DNA of 64,000 nucleotides, from IMG/VR virus record IMGVR_UViG_642973577_000001, positions 64,001 to 128,000 of that record; one strand, written 5' to 3'. Positions 1 to 9,298 of the stretch are shown piece by piece. The DNA is from a virus (lineage: Duplodnaviria; Caudoviricetes). Below the pieces are notes generated by a model. It was not told the DNA's origin. It ran no database searches and saw only the letters and a list, made by a program, of their open reading frames with translations. A program made the translations under genes and the position numbers. The first letter of the stretch is position 1, and every line of letters starts with the position of its first letter.

Positions 1-36
1 CTACCCGTCCTCTCCTACTAGTGAAGGAGACCAGGA

Positions 37-651
37 GTGACTACTCCAACCGCGCAGCGGAAGTCCCTGCGCCAGCTTCGTGAGTCCAGCGGCACGCTGT
101 TCGCCAAGAACAACACCCCGCACAAGATCACGTGCAACACCGAGCAGGTCAGCTTCGAGCTGGAGCCTGCTGGCTACGACGACTCGATCCGCATCGTCCC
201 GAAGGAGTGCCTCAACGTCCCCGGCTTCCAGCGCCTGTGGATGAAGAAGCACGTCACCATCAGCGACGACGAGGAGATGGAGAACGAGATCACCCTGCTC
301 ATGGGTGGGCAGGTCGAGGTCTCGTCCATCAAGCCGGTTCAGGTCCAGCTGGAGGACGGCACCTGGGTCGAGCAGGAGGCCACCATCGTGCAGCCGCAGG
401 GCAGCAACGCGATGACGGTCCCGGTCGACAACGACCCGACCAGCCGTACCTACGGCCAGACCAAGACCACCCGCTGCATCGTCGGCGGGGAACAGATCTT
501 CCAGAGCGAGCGGGACGTCGCCGAAGGCGTTGCTCCGCTGTGCCCGGAACACCAGAGCGAGTCGCACCGTGTCGTGTCGACTCCACAGGCCGACGGCAGC
601 TGGACGCACCAGCTGTCCGTCATCGAGGCTCCGCAGCGGGGACTCAGCTAG
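37..651 (+). CDS. hypothetical protein (virion gene region)
   Basis: 204 aa ORF, GAAGGAG SD, strong GC3 bias. Confidence 0.75.
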   Translation: MTTPTAQRKSLRQLRESSGTLFAKNNTPHKITCNTEQVSFELEPAGYDDSIRIVPKECLNVPGFQRLWMKKHVTISDDEEMENEITLLMGGQVEVSSIKPVQVQLEDGTWVEQEATIVQPQGSNAMTVPVDNDPTSRTYGQTKTTRCIVGGEQIFQSERDVAEGVAPLCPEHQSESHRVVSTPQADGSWTHQLSVIEAPQRGLS

Positions 652-666
652 TAATCAGGAGGCAGC

Positions 667-939
667 ATGTCGATGTACGACCGGCCCAAGCTGACGCACC
701 AGATCCGTCAGTTCGACCGCAACCCCGGCAAGGGAGAGTCTATCCTCTCCGCCGTGGCTCAGCCGTCAGCGGCTGCTGTCGTGGCCGAGAACAACTCGCT
801 CCAGCGGGCGCGGGAGACCGGCGTGGACGAGCCACGCAACCCGCGTCCCGAGGTGTACGCACACCGGGACTACTACCGCAACGAGTTCGACTCGATCTCG
901 ATCAAGAAGCGGCCTGACCTGGACGAGGGCGTTCTTTAA
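667..939 (+). CDS. hypothetical protein
   Basis: 90 aa ORF after AGGAGG SD. Confidence 0.75.
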   Translation: MSMYDRPKLTHQIRQFDRNPGKGESILSAVAQPSAAAVVAENNSLQRARETGVDEPRNPRPEVYAHRDYYRNEFDSISIKKRPDLDEGVL

Positions 940-942
940 GCC

Positions 943-995
943 CAGCGCAGGTGACCCGGTGTGTCTCTCACGACCACACCGGGTCCCTGTTGCTG
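943..995 (+). terminator. long intergenic hairpin (terminator or processing site)
   Basis: CAGCGCAGG-T-GACCCGGTGTG pairs with CACACCGGGTC-CCTGTTGCTG; no U-tract. Confidence 0.4.
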
Positions 996-1018
996 TCATG
1001 ACCGACTAGGAGGACCAG

Positions 1019-2629
1019 GTGTCGATTCTGTATCCGGGCACCCCGGAGGCTCCGGCGTTCGACACGTTCCACGTGCCGACCCTGCCGGAGGACACGCCGC
1101 TGGCCCAGGCCGGTCCGGGCAACGACCGCAACCTCACCGAGTCGATCGAGGACCTCGGTGACGCGGTGGAGCAGCTGGAGCGTGGCGCGAGCTTCCGCGA
1201 CCACGACCACAGCGGCGACAGCACGCACATCCGCAAGGGCAGCAAGCTCAAGGCGGTCAACACCCACGAGGAGGTCCTGGTCGACGCGCCTGGCGCGATC
1301 CACCGGACCGTAGGCCCAGGCCAGCACCAGGCCGCTGCGGGCAACCACACCCACGACTACGACGGCGGCTCGATCCTCAACGTGCCGTTCAAGATCTGCA
1401 CCAGCAACACCCGACCCGGCCAGCCGGTCGAGGGCATGGTGATCTACGAGAAGGACACCAAGGCCTTCCGGCAGTGGGCGCTGTTCGCCAACAACGTCGT
1501 GGTCGACGGCTTCAACACCCTCTACGAGTTCGACACCGTGTCGACGCTCGGCGTCGGCGGCACGGGCTGGACCCAGAGCTACTCGGGCAACGACACCAAG
1601 GGCAAGATGACCACCCCGGCGGGCGCGCTGGTGTGGGTCGACAACGGCAACGAGCGCAACCGCTCGTGGGCACGTCGCGCCGAGACCACCCAGACCGACG
1701 ACCAGGTGTTCACCTGGATGACCGGCTCGACGGTGATCGAGGAGACGCTGCTGTTCACCGAGAGCGCGTCCAACGACTGGTACTTCCGCGTCAGCGCCGA
1801 CGAGCAGTCCTACCTCCGGCTCATCGTCGGCAACGACTGGGTGGCGGTCAACTGGACCTCCACCGGTCGGGCGAACGAGAAGGAGCTGGGTCGCCTCAAC
1901 AACATCAACACCGACATCCCGAACACGCAGTGGCGTGCGCAGATGGTCGGTCGCGAGCTGCAGATCTTCCGCGCTGGCGAGCTGCTCGGCACGATCAAGG
2001 ACACCCAGAACGTCACCAGCAAGGGCGCGAACTTCCGAGGCTTCATGATCGGCATGGAGGCCGGTGTGCGCGGCTTCGGCCAGACCACGCCAGGCCACAT
2101 CCTGTGGTGGCGCGTGCAGGACCTCCGGTACTACCAGAGCACCAACCGCTGGACCCTGCTGCCGCTGGGAGCCACGCCGGTCACCCGGCTGCGCCAGTCC
2201 AAGACGCAGAAGCTGTTCAGCACCGGCACGATCCTGGAGTTCGCCGAGGAGCTGGAGGACAACTTCGGCTACTTCGACAAGAACGTCAGCCAGACCGACG
2301 TCGTGGTCAAGGAACCGGGCATGTACCGGGTCGAGGCCGCGCTGCAGTGGGACCCGCAGTTCGCCCCGGATCAGGCCCACGTCGTGGTGCTGATCAACGG
2401 TCTGGAGACCACCGTCCGGGACAGCAAGTACATCCGAGGCTCCGGCTTCACGCCAGGCTTCTCGCAGACGCTGAGCCTGGCCGCGCCGATCCGCCTGGCC
2501 GTCAACGACGTCGTGACGATCAAGGCCTACTACACCGCCGGTAACAGCATCATCGACAAGATCTTCTCGTTCTTCGACAGCAACTCCAAGGTGAACAGCC
2601 GACTCGATCTGACCTACACGGGACCGTAA
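1019..2629 (+). CDS. virion fibre-like / minor structural protein
   Basis: 536 aa; HDH and HTH metal-type motifs as in trimeric fibres, beta-rich body, C1q-like C-terminus (PGMYRVEAALQW). Confidence 0.55.
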   Translation: MSILYPGTPEAPAFDTFHVPTLPEDTPLAQAGPGNDRNLTESIEDLGDAVEQLERGASFRDHDHSGDSTHIRKGSKLKAVNTHEEVLVDAPGAIHRTVGPGQHQAAAGNHTHDYDGGSILNVPFKICTSNTRPGQPVEGMVIYEKDTKAFRQWALFANNVVVDGFNTLYEFDTVSTLGVGGTGWTQSYSGNDTKGKMTTPAGALVWVDNGNERNRSWARRAETTQTDDQVFTWMTGSTVIEETLLFTESASNDWYFRVSADEQSYLRLIVGNDWVAVNWTSTGRANEKELGRLNNINTDIPNTQWRAQMVGRELQIFRAGELLGTIKDTQNVTSKGANFRGFMIGMEAGVRGFGQTTPGHILWWRVQDLRYYQSTNRWTLLPLGATPVTRLRQSKTQKLFSTGTILEFAEELEDNFGYFDKNVSQTDVVVKEPGMYRVEAALQWDPQFAPDQAHVVVLINGLETTVRDSKYIRGSGFTPGFSQTLSLAAPIRLAVNDVVTIKAYYTAGNSIIDKIFSFFDSNSKVNSRLDLTYTGP

Positions 2630-3618
2630 TGACCATCCCCCAGGGCTACTCCCCCAAGCTGCGAGACCACTCAGTGGCTCGCAAGTTCGTCGCGCAGAAC
2701 AGCCGTGGCTATCTGGCGCTGGGCATCTTCGACGCAGCAGGCAACCCGGTTGATCCGGCATCCGGCACGCTGCGGCTGAGCGTGTTCTTCGACGACCTGT
2801 CGGGCATGAGCACAGACCCCCGTGGTGAGCTGATCGTCAGCGTCGACCACGTGTCGATCGTGCGCGATGACGTGGGCCTGTACCACTACGACGTCGGCCC
2901 GGAGTGGACGCAGAAGATCGGTCTGCTCAACGCCGAGTGGGCCTACACGGCTGCCGACAGCTCTGGCGAGTTCAAGTTCAACGACGCCATGCAGATCCAG
3001 GAGCAGATGCCGGAGTACGAGCGGCTGCGCCCGGAGGCCAAGCGCATCGTCGAGCAAGTCAGCTGGTTCTTCGGTGACCTGTTCGATTCGACCGCTGGTG
3101 GGCCGTGGCTCCAGGAGAACTACCAGACCCACTTCTCCTACGAGCGCATCGCCCAGATGAGCCAGCAGGCCGTCATGAAGTTCAACATGACCGGCTTCCC
3201 GGTGACCAGCTTCGGCGTCACGGTCGACGAGAAGAAGCTGCCGTCCAACCTCAGCCAGGTCATCGTCTGGGGCACCAAGCTGGAGTGCATCCGCCACCTG
3301 GCGCTGAGCTACACCGAGCAGCCGAACCTGATGAACGTCCAGACGAACATCACCGACCGGCGCGACTACCAGGACCGCTGGTACCGGGTACTGGAGGAGG
3401 AGACCCCCGACTACAAGCAGGCGGTCACCATGGCCAAGCGCGGGCTGCTGAGCCTGGGCCGTGGCTCGCTGCTGGTCTCCGGTGGCATCTACGGTGGCGG
3501 CATGAAGGGTGGCCTGTTCATCCCCGGTATGTACGCCGCCCAGACCCGTGCCTTCCGGTTCTACCCGGCCAGCTTCGGCGTCGGCATCGGCAACTACGCC
3601 ACGGGGGATGCCCGCTAG
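2629..3618 (+). CDS. head-to-tail adaptor (putative)
   Basis: 329 aa, coupled to neighbours, position upstream of sheath. Confidence 0.5.
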   Translation: MTIPQGYSPKLRDHSVARKFVAQNSRGYLALGIFDAAGNPVDPASGTLRLSVFFDDLSGMSTDPRGELIVSVDHVSIVRDDVGLYHYDVGPEWTQKIGLLNAEWAYTAADSSGEFKFNDAMQIQEQMPEYERLRPEAKRIVEQVSWFFGDLFDSTAGGPWLQENYQTHFSYERIAQMSQQAVMKFNMTGFPVTSFGVTVDEKKLPSNLSQVIVWGTKLECIRHLALSYTEQPNLMNVQTNITDRRDYQDRWYRVLEEETPDYKQAVTMAKRGLLSLGRGSLLVSGGIYGGGMKGGLFIPGMYAAQTRAFRFYPASFGVGIGNYATGDAR

Positions 3619-4214
3619 TGCCACGCATCGACCTCGCCGAACCGTACGCGATCCGGTTTGCTCGCCAGAGCATCAAGGACGCGCTCATGATGCACGGCGA
3701 AGAATGCATCCTCATGCATATGTACCACGTCAACGACGTGCCGAAGGACCAGCCGCGCTGCGCCGCGTGCTACGACGACATCTACAAGCAGGGCGACAGC
3801 AGCCGCTGCACCCGTTGCTACGGCACCACCTACGACGGCGGCGTCAAGGAGTTCTGGCGGTCCTGGGCCATCTTCACCGACACCCAGGACCAGGAAGACA
3901 TGAACCGGCAGGGTGTCTGGCACCCGCGCCCCCGGTCGATCCACACCGAGTGGAAGCCCGACCTCTGGCAGCGCGACTACGTGATCCGCGTGGCCCGCTG
4001 GACCCCCGACCACCGGCCCGTGGAGATCGAGGGCATCTACACGTTCAAGGAGGTCAACAACGAGTCGCTGCGCACCGGCAACGTCTTCGGCCAGACCGAC
4101 TTCGACGCCATCAGCCAGCGCGGTGAGGTCGATCGCGTCTCCGAGCAGCTGCCGATCTACAAGTTCCCCGCGCTCGGTCGCGTGATCCCCCGCTACGACG
4201 GGAGGGTCCGCTGA
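3618..4214 (+). CDS. head-to-tail stopper / neck protein (putative)
   Basis: GTG overlapping upstream TAG; CxxC..CxxCxGT zinc motif seen in myovirus neck proteins. Confidence 0.5.
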   Translation: MPRIDLAEPYAIRFARQSIKDALMMHGEECILMHMYHVNDVPKDQPRCAACYDDIYKQGDSSRCTRCYGTTYDGGVKEFWRSWAIFTDTQDQEDMNRQGVWHPRPRSIHTEWKPDLWQRDYVIRVARWTPDHRPVEIEGIYTFKEVNNESLRTGNVFGQTDFDAISQRGEVDRVSEQLPIYKFPALGRVIPRYDGRVR

Positions 4215-4684
4215 TGCCTCTCGTAGGACTCCCGGCGCAGACCTGCGCCGTCATCAGCCAGATGGCCACCACCAAGGCCCGCCAGGACGTCATGGGACGC
4301 GGCTGGCGATCGGCTGGCGCGCTACAGCCCGTGAGCAATCAGGGCGAGGTCGGCATCCGGTCGACGATGAAGCACCTGTTGTACCAGAACAGTGGTGTGA
4401 AGTCGTTTCTCATGTACTGGGTGGAGGGCCGCACGGTTCCGATCACCGACAAGACCGGCACCCACTTCGTGCGCGGCAGGGAGGTCGGCAAGCCTGGCTA
4501 CGTCAACATCCCCGGACGCGGCAGGGTCTGGCGCAACCAGAAGTGGCGCTACCCCGGCCTGCAGCCGAAGAGGTTCATCGAGTCGTCCATCGCCCAGGCG
4601 GTCAAGGAGAACCGCGAGCTGATCCGTTCGTCGGTCATCCGGTCGGTCACTGAGGACAGGAGCAACATCCCATGGCTGACCTGA
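4214..4684 (+). CDS. neck / tail completion protein (putative)
   Basis: 156 aa basic, C-terminal YPGxxPxRF motif, synteny. Confidence 0.45.
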   Translation: MPLVGLPAQTCAVISQMATTKARQDVMGRGWRSAGALQPVSNQGEVGIRSTMKHLLYQNSGVKSFLMYWVEGRTVPITDKTGTHFVRGREVGKPGYVNIPGRGRVWRNQKWRYPGLQPKRFIESSIAQAVKENRELIRSSVIRSVTEDRSNIPWLT

Positions 4685-5391
4685 GAGTCAACGAGGAGTT
4701 CCCCGGCGGCGTCCCTGGCGGTCCGATCGAGCAGGTGAAGCGCGCCGTCATGGTGGCCATCAAGGAGGGCCTGCACGGTTCGACGATGGGCCACGAGATG
4801 AGCGACACCGACATCTCGGTCGAGATGGAATATCCGATGGAGGCCAAGCACTACCCCGGCATCTGGGTGCAGTTCAGCTTCACCGAGTTCACCAACGCGG
4901 GCATCGGCCACGAGATGCTGCACAAGGTCATCGAGAACCCCGGCACTCCGCAGGAGCGGATCAACTGGGAGACCGTCCGGGCGATCATGTTCAAGGGCAC
5001 CGTGAGCCTGTCGGTGGTGGCCCTGACCAACCTGGAGCGCGACCGGGTGTCCGATGCCCTGGTGACCATGCTGGCCTACGCCCGCCAGCCCGAGTACGTG
5101 CTGACCGACCCCAACCGCGACACCAAGCAGTTCCGGGGTCTGGCCACCGCGCTCAAGAACAACCCGTACGTGGCCATCATGATCAACCACGACGCCGTGA
5201 CCCCCGGCGGGCAGAGCGTCACACCTGGCGTCCCCTGGGACCCCGACACGCTCGGCTACGAGGACAGCTACAGCTTCGAGATCCTCGGCGAGTCGAACAT
5301 GGTCTTCCGCAACGACGGCACCTACACGCTGCGCGCTGTGGTCGACGAGGGACAGATGGTGGAGCCACCGAGCCGGTTCGACTGGCAGTGA
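4672..5391 (+). CDS. tail terminator (putative)
   Basis: 239 aa immediately upstream of sheath. Confidence 0.45.
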   Translation: MADLRVNEEFPGGVPGGPIEQVKRAVMVAIKEGLHGSTMGHEMSDTDISVEMEYPMEAKHYPGIWVQFSFTEFTNAGIGHEMLHKVIENPGTPQERINWETVRAIMFKGTVSLSVVALTNLERDRVSDALVTMLAYARQPEYVLTDPNRDTKQFRGLATALKNNPYVAIMINHDAVTPGGQSVTPGVPWDPDTLGYEDSYSFEILGESNMVFRNDGTYTLRAVVDEGQMVEPPSRFDWQ

Positions 5392-5449
5392 CCCTGTGGG
5401 ACGCCCACCGAAGAACGAGAAGACATAGAGGCACGAAAGGACTCCAGAC

Positions 5450-6898
5450 GTGGCAATCGACTTCACGCGGTACCAGCCGCCCGGTGTGTACACCGAGGCG
5501 GTCGGCGGACCGCAGCTTGCTGTCCGATCGTCGGTCCCGACCGCCGTTGCTCTCTTCGGCCAGTCGATCGGGTACAAGACCTACCGCGAGTCGGTCAAGA
5601 TCAACCCGGACACCGACGAGGACACCCCAGCACTGAACCGCACCCTGGCGCAGAAGGGCATCAAGCCCGCCTCGGTGCGCGTCATCGACCCGAACTCGGG
5701 TCAGCTCTACGTGCTCGGCACCGACTACGTGATCACCCGCGTGTCGGTCGGCGACGACTCCGAGGTCGAGAGCCGGGACGACCTGTACACGATCCAGCGC
5801 GTCATCGACGGCGGTCACATCGACCCAGGCGAGACGGTCCAGCTGAGCTACCAGTACACCGACCCGGACTACTTCGAGGTCTACGCCCTCTACGACTACG
5901 ACGACGTGCGCGACTTCTACGGCGAGCCGTTCGACAGCGCGGGCAACATCCAGTCGGAGCTGACGCTCGCGGCCAAGTTCGCGTTCATCAACGGCGCGAG
6001 CACGGTCCTGACCTGCGCGGTTGACCCGGAGGACCCGGACACCGTGACCATGGCCGACTACGCCGACGCGCTGAACAAGTTCCGCGACGAGGAGCAGATC
6101 GCCATCATCGTCCCGGCCACGGGCGCGACCGCGATCCAGGCCCTGGTGCAGCAGCACGTCCAGGCCCAGTCGAACAACAAGTACGAGCGGCGCGCCATCG
6201 TTGGCATGGACGGTTCCGTTACACCGGTCCTGTCGAGCCAGCGCATCGCCAACGCGCAGGCGATCTTCGACCAGCGCGTGGCCCTGGTGTCGCCGTCGAG
6301 CTTCCAGTACTACGCCCCGGAGCTGAACCAGCCCGTGGTGCTCGGTGGCCAGTACATGGCTGCCGCGCTCGCCGGTCTGTCGAGCAGCATGAACGCCGCC
6401 CAGCCGCTCACCCGCAAGGTGGTGCGTGGATTCATTGGCCCAGCCGAGAACCAGCGCGAGGGCGAGAAGAACTTGGAGTCGAGCAACGGTCTGATGGTGG
6501 TCGAGAAGACTCGCCGCCAGCAGGTGCAGGTGCGTCACGGCGTGACCACCAACCCGACCGACCTGCTCACCCGAGAGTGGTCGATCATCGGCCAGCAGGA
6601 CGTCATGGTCTACCGCATCCGGGACTACCTGGACGCCGACGGCCTGATCGGTCAGCCGATCTACGACTCCACCCTGATCCAGGTCAAGGCAAGTGCCGAG
6701 GCCGCACTGCAGTCGCTGCTGCGTGACGAGATCATCCGCAACTACCAGGCGCTCAAGGTCCGCCAGATCGCGACCCTGCCTGACGTTCTGGAGATCCGAT
6801 ACGAGTGGCTGCCTGCCTACCCGCTGAACTACATCGTCGTCCGCTACTCGGTGGCCGTCCTCTCAGGCGACATCACCGTGACCGATACGGCGATCTAG
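5450..6898 (+). CDS. contractile tail sheath protein
   Basis: N-terminal PPGVYTE motif, C-terminal VRHGVTT and PAYPLNYI typical of sheath proteins. Confidence 0.9.
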   Translation: MAIDFTRYQPPGVYTEAVGGPQLAVRSSVPTAVALFGQSIGYKTYRESVKINPDTDEDTPALNRTLAQKGIKPASVRVIDPNSGQLYVLGTDYVITRVSVGDDSEVESRDDLYTIQRVIDGGHIDPGETVQLSYQYTDPDYFEVYALYDYDDVRDFYGEPFDSAGNIQSELTLAAKFAFINGASTVLTCAVDPEDPDTVTMADYADALNKFRDEEQIAIIVPATGATAIQALVQQHVQAQSNNKYERRAIVGMDGSVTPVLSSQRIANAQAIFDQRVALVSPSSFQYYAPELNQPVVLGGQYMAAALAGLSSSMNAAQPLTRKVVRGFIGPAENQREGEKNLESSNGLMVVEKTRRQQVQVRHGVTTNPTDLLTREWSIIGQQDVMVYRIRDYLDADGLIGQPIYDSTLIQVKASAEAALQSLLRDEIIRNYQALKVRQIATLPDVLEIRYEWLPAYPLNYIVVRYSVAVLSGDITVTDTAI

Positions 6899-6925
6899 TC
6901 CCAGATCAGACATAAGGAGTGAAGG

Positions 6926-7396
6926 ATGGCAGAGCCGAACGTCCGCCTTGGCGGTTCCGGTCTCACCACGATGACCTTCCGAGGCACGCGACTGGCCTAC
7001 CTGCAGACCCTGCAGGACACCCCGCCTCAGCCGGTGGCCGGTGCCCAGGTGGTCCAGCCGATCGACGCGGAGACACCGCTGGAGATCGTCACCGCCCTCG
7101 CCGTCGGCGCTGGCAGCCTCCGGCTGACTTTCTACGAGCTGTGGAACGAGCCGGTGTGGTCTCGCTTGCCTGGTTTGGAAGGTACCAACAACCTGCTGGA
7201 GGTCCTCAAGCGACAGGTCCAGATGGGCGAGGTCACCTGCCGCAAGCTCATCAAGTCGCCGTCGGGCATCACCCGCGCTCGGGTGTACCACGGCTGCGTC
7301 ATCACCGACATCGACGAGGGTGAGCAGATCAACATCGGCACCATGACGTTGCCGAAGACGATCACCATGCAGTACGTCCGCACCACCACCGTCTAA
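6926..7396 (+). CDS. tail tube protein
   Basis: 156 aa directly after sheath, YHGCVIT motif, AAGGAG SD. Confidence 0.8.
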   Translation: MAEPNVRLGGSGLTTMTFRGTRLAYLQTLQDTPPQPVAGAQVVQPIDAETPLEIVTALAVGAGSLRLTFYELWNEPVWSRLPGLEGTNNLLEVLKRQVQMGEVTCRKLIKSPSGITRARVYHGCVITDIDEGEQINIGTMTLPKTITMQYVRTTTV

Positions 7397-7404
7397 GGAG
7401 CGCC

Positions 7405-7605
7405 GTGAAGGAGTTTGCTCGCAGCTGGCCCATCATCGGCATCTCGCTGGTGATGTGGTTGGCCGTGGTCATTCTGCGGACCCCCGCGCTTGGCATCGAC
7501 GCGCCCCGCGTCGTCAGCATCCTGGTCAGCTCCACGGCCATGCTGACCCTGGGTGTGTACGTCGAGCGCATCCGGCGCGCACGAGACGAGGAGAAGAAGC
7601 AGTGA
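7405..7605 (+). CDS. small membrane protein (2 TM, charged C-tail)
   Basis: AAGGAG SD, two hydrophobic segments. Confidence 0.65.
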   Translation: MKEFARSWPIIGISLVMWLAVVILRTPALGIDAPRVVSILVSSTAMLTLGVYVERIRRARDEEKKQ

Positions 7606-8330
7606 GCATGCCCATCCAGCGGCACTCGGACAGCTACGCGCCGTTCATGAAGGACGCCGCCGCCTACAACGCCCGCGACCGCCACGCGGCCATCGACGAC
7701 ACCGAGGTGGCCGACCTGCTGCGCGGGCCGTCCATCATGGCCGGTCTGATGCAGCGCCAGGCCGTCGACACGCGGGGCATGGACCCCGACAGCCACGCCT
7801 ACCACGAGCACCCGGCGGGCGGCTACCGGATGGACTACTACCGCGACTCTCCGCCGGAGCTGGCGGAGGGCGAGGAGGCCCGGTACGAGCACAACGCTCA
7901 GGGCATCGAGGACGATGACGCATCCGGTTACAACTGGGGTCCAGAGCCGTCGATCGACGACAGCGGAGTGAGCGATCATCCGGCGCTCCAGCCCCTGGAC
8001 CAGATGCTCAATCAGCACGAGAGCGAGCGGTACCTACACCCGAGGGAAGAGCCTCCGGCGCATTTTAGCCAGGCCCGTCACGGCGCAGTTGCCGCTGACG
8101 GGCTTGCCGCGAAGCTCGCCTTCCCAGTGCAGCCCGCACAACCCCAGCAGCCCGCAGCGCCGGTCTGGTTGGGGCACACGTTCGCGCCAAGCCATCGGGT
8201 GGCACTCCCATGGCGCGATCAGATCATCCAGGGCACAGTGACGCACCTGGACGGTACAAACGTCGGCGTTCGTTGGGACGACGGCCAGCACTCAGTGGAG
8301 GAGCCTTCGGCTATCCGTCCGCTGTACTAG
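7602..8330 (+). CDS. hypothetical protein with C-terminal SH3-like domain
   Basis: GTGA overlap (or ATG 7608); C-terminal GTVTHLDGTNVGVRWDDG beta-barrel pattern. Confidence 0.6.
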   Translation: MSMPIQRHSDSYAPFMKDAAAYNARDRHAAIDDTEVADLLRGPSIMAGLMQRQAVDTRGMDPDSHAYHEHPAGGYRMDYYRDSPPELAEGEEARYEHNAQGIEDDDASGYNWGPEPSIDDSGVSDHPALQPLDQMLNQHESERYLHPREEPPAHFSQARHGAVAADGLAAKLAFPVQPAQPQQPAAPVWLGHTFAPSHRVALPWRDQIIQGTVTHLDGTNVGVRWDDGQHSVEEPSAIRPLY

Positions 8331-8342
8331 TAGAGGACAGAA

Positions 8343-8924
8343 GTGACACAACCCAGTGAAGATCGTCCAGTAGACACCAGCATCGACCCCGACATCAGGC
8401 CACCGGACCGAGAGGCCCTGGCAGCTCTGGAGGAGTCGGGCGAGACCGAGAACCGCCGCATCGTCGGCGAGCTGATCGAGGTGGCAGAAGAGGCTCCGGC
8501 GGAGCCGGAGATCACCCTCACCCACGAGGAGCGCCAGGACTTCGAGCGGCTTCTGACCGTCGGACGTCGGTACAAGACCATCAACGTCGCCGACCACGAC
8601 ATCCGTATTCGGACGCTCAAGACGGCTGACGAGATGCGCATCGGTCTCTACACCAAGCCCTACCTGGAGAGCCACGCCTTCGCACGCGCTCACCAGGTTG
8701 CTGTCATCGCATCCGGCCTGGTCGAGATCCGCAAGAACGGCGTCGAGCAGGAGCTGTGGACCAGCCTCAAGGAGGTGACCGACCCCGACGAGATCTTTGC
8801 CAAGAACGTGGATGCGCTCAAGGAGTTCCATCCGCCGGTCATCGCGAAGATCTACGAAGAGATCATGAATCTGGAGCGTGAGTTCGCGCAACTGGCCGTC
8901 AAGCTGGGAAAATTGCTCGGCTAG
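8343..8924 (+). CDS. tail assembly chaperone (G-like)
   Basis: between tube and tape measure; G-GGA-AAA slippery site at 8906-8912. Confidence 0.8.
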   Translation: MTQPSEDRPVDTSIDPDIRPPDREALAALEESGETENRRIVGELIEVAEEAPAEPEITLTHEERQDFERLLTVGRRYKTINVADHDIRIRTLKTADEMRIGLYTKPYLESHAFARAHQVAVIASGLVEIRKNGVEQELWTSLKEVTDPDEIFAKNVDALKEFHPPVIAKIYEEIMNLEREFAQLAVKLGKLLG

Positions 8925-9298
8925 ACGAGGAGACTGAGGGTCTCATCGCTCTAGCCTGGCATCAGGGACTCCTCCGGGAGAAGTCGCTCAACCCGTTCCA
9001 ACGGTTTGCTGCGATCTACGAGATGCACAAGCGCCGTCGCCAGTTCGTCACCGACATCAACGACACCCTCCAGAAGCAGACCTGGTACCAGCACCCCGAT
9101 CGGTACGTCGACCTGTTTGCCGAGGACGAAGCTGCCAAGGCCCAGGCCTTGAGTATGGGCGGCATCGACCCAGAAGAGGTAGAGGTGGACGACATCGACG
9201 AGCTGGACGCCTACTTCGCGAACCTGGAGAACCAGCGGGAGATGACCGGCGCTGAGCTGTTCGGCAGCGAGGTCCACAACAACGGCGAGTGGATGTAA
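8912..9298 (+). CDS. tail assembly chaperone -1 frameshift extension (GT-like)
   Basis: -1 frame is open from 8912 through ORF 9023..9298. Confidence 0.75.
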   Translation: MARLDEETEGLIALAWHQGLLREKSLNPFQRFAAIYEMHKRRRQFVTDINDTLQKQTWYQHPDRYVDLFAEDEAAKAQALSMGGIDPEEVEVDDIDELDAYFANLENQREMTGAELFGSEVHNNGEWM

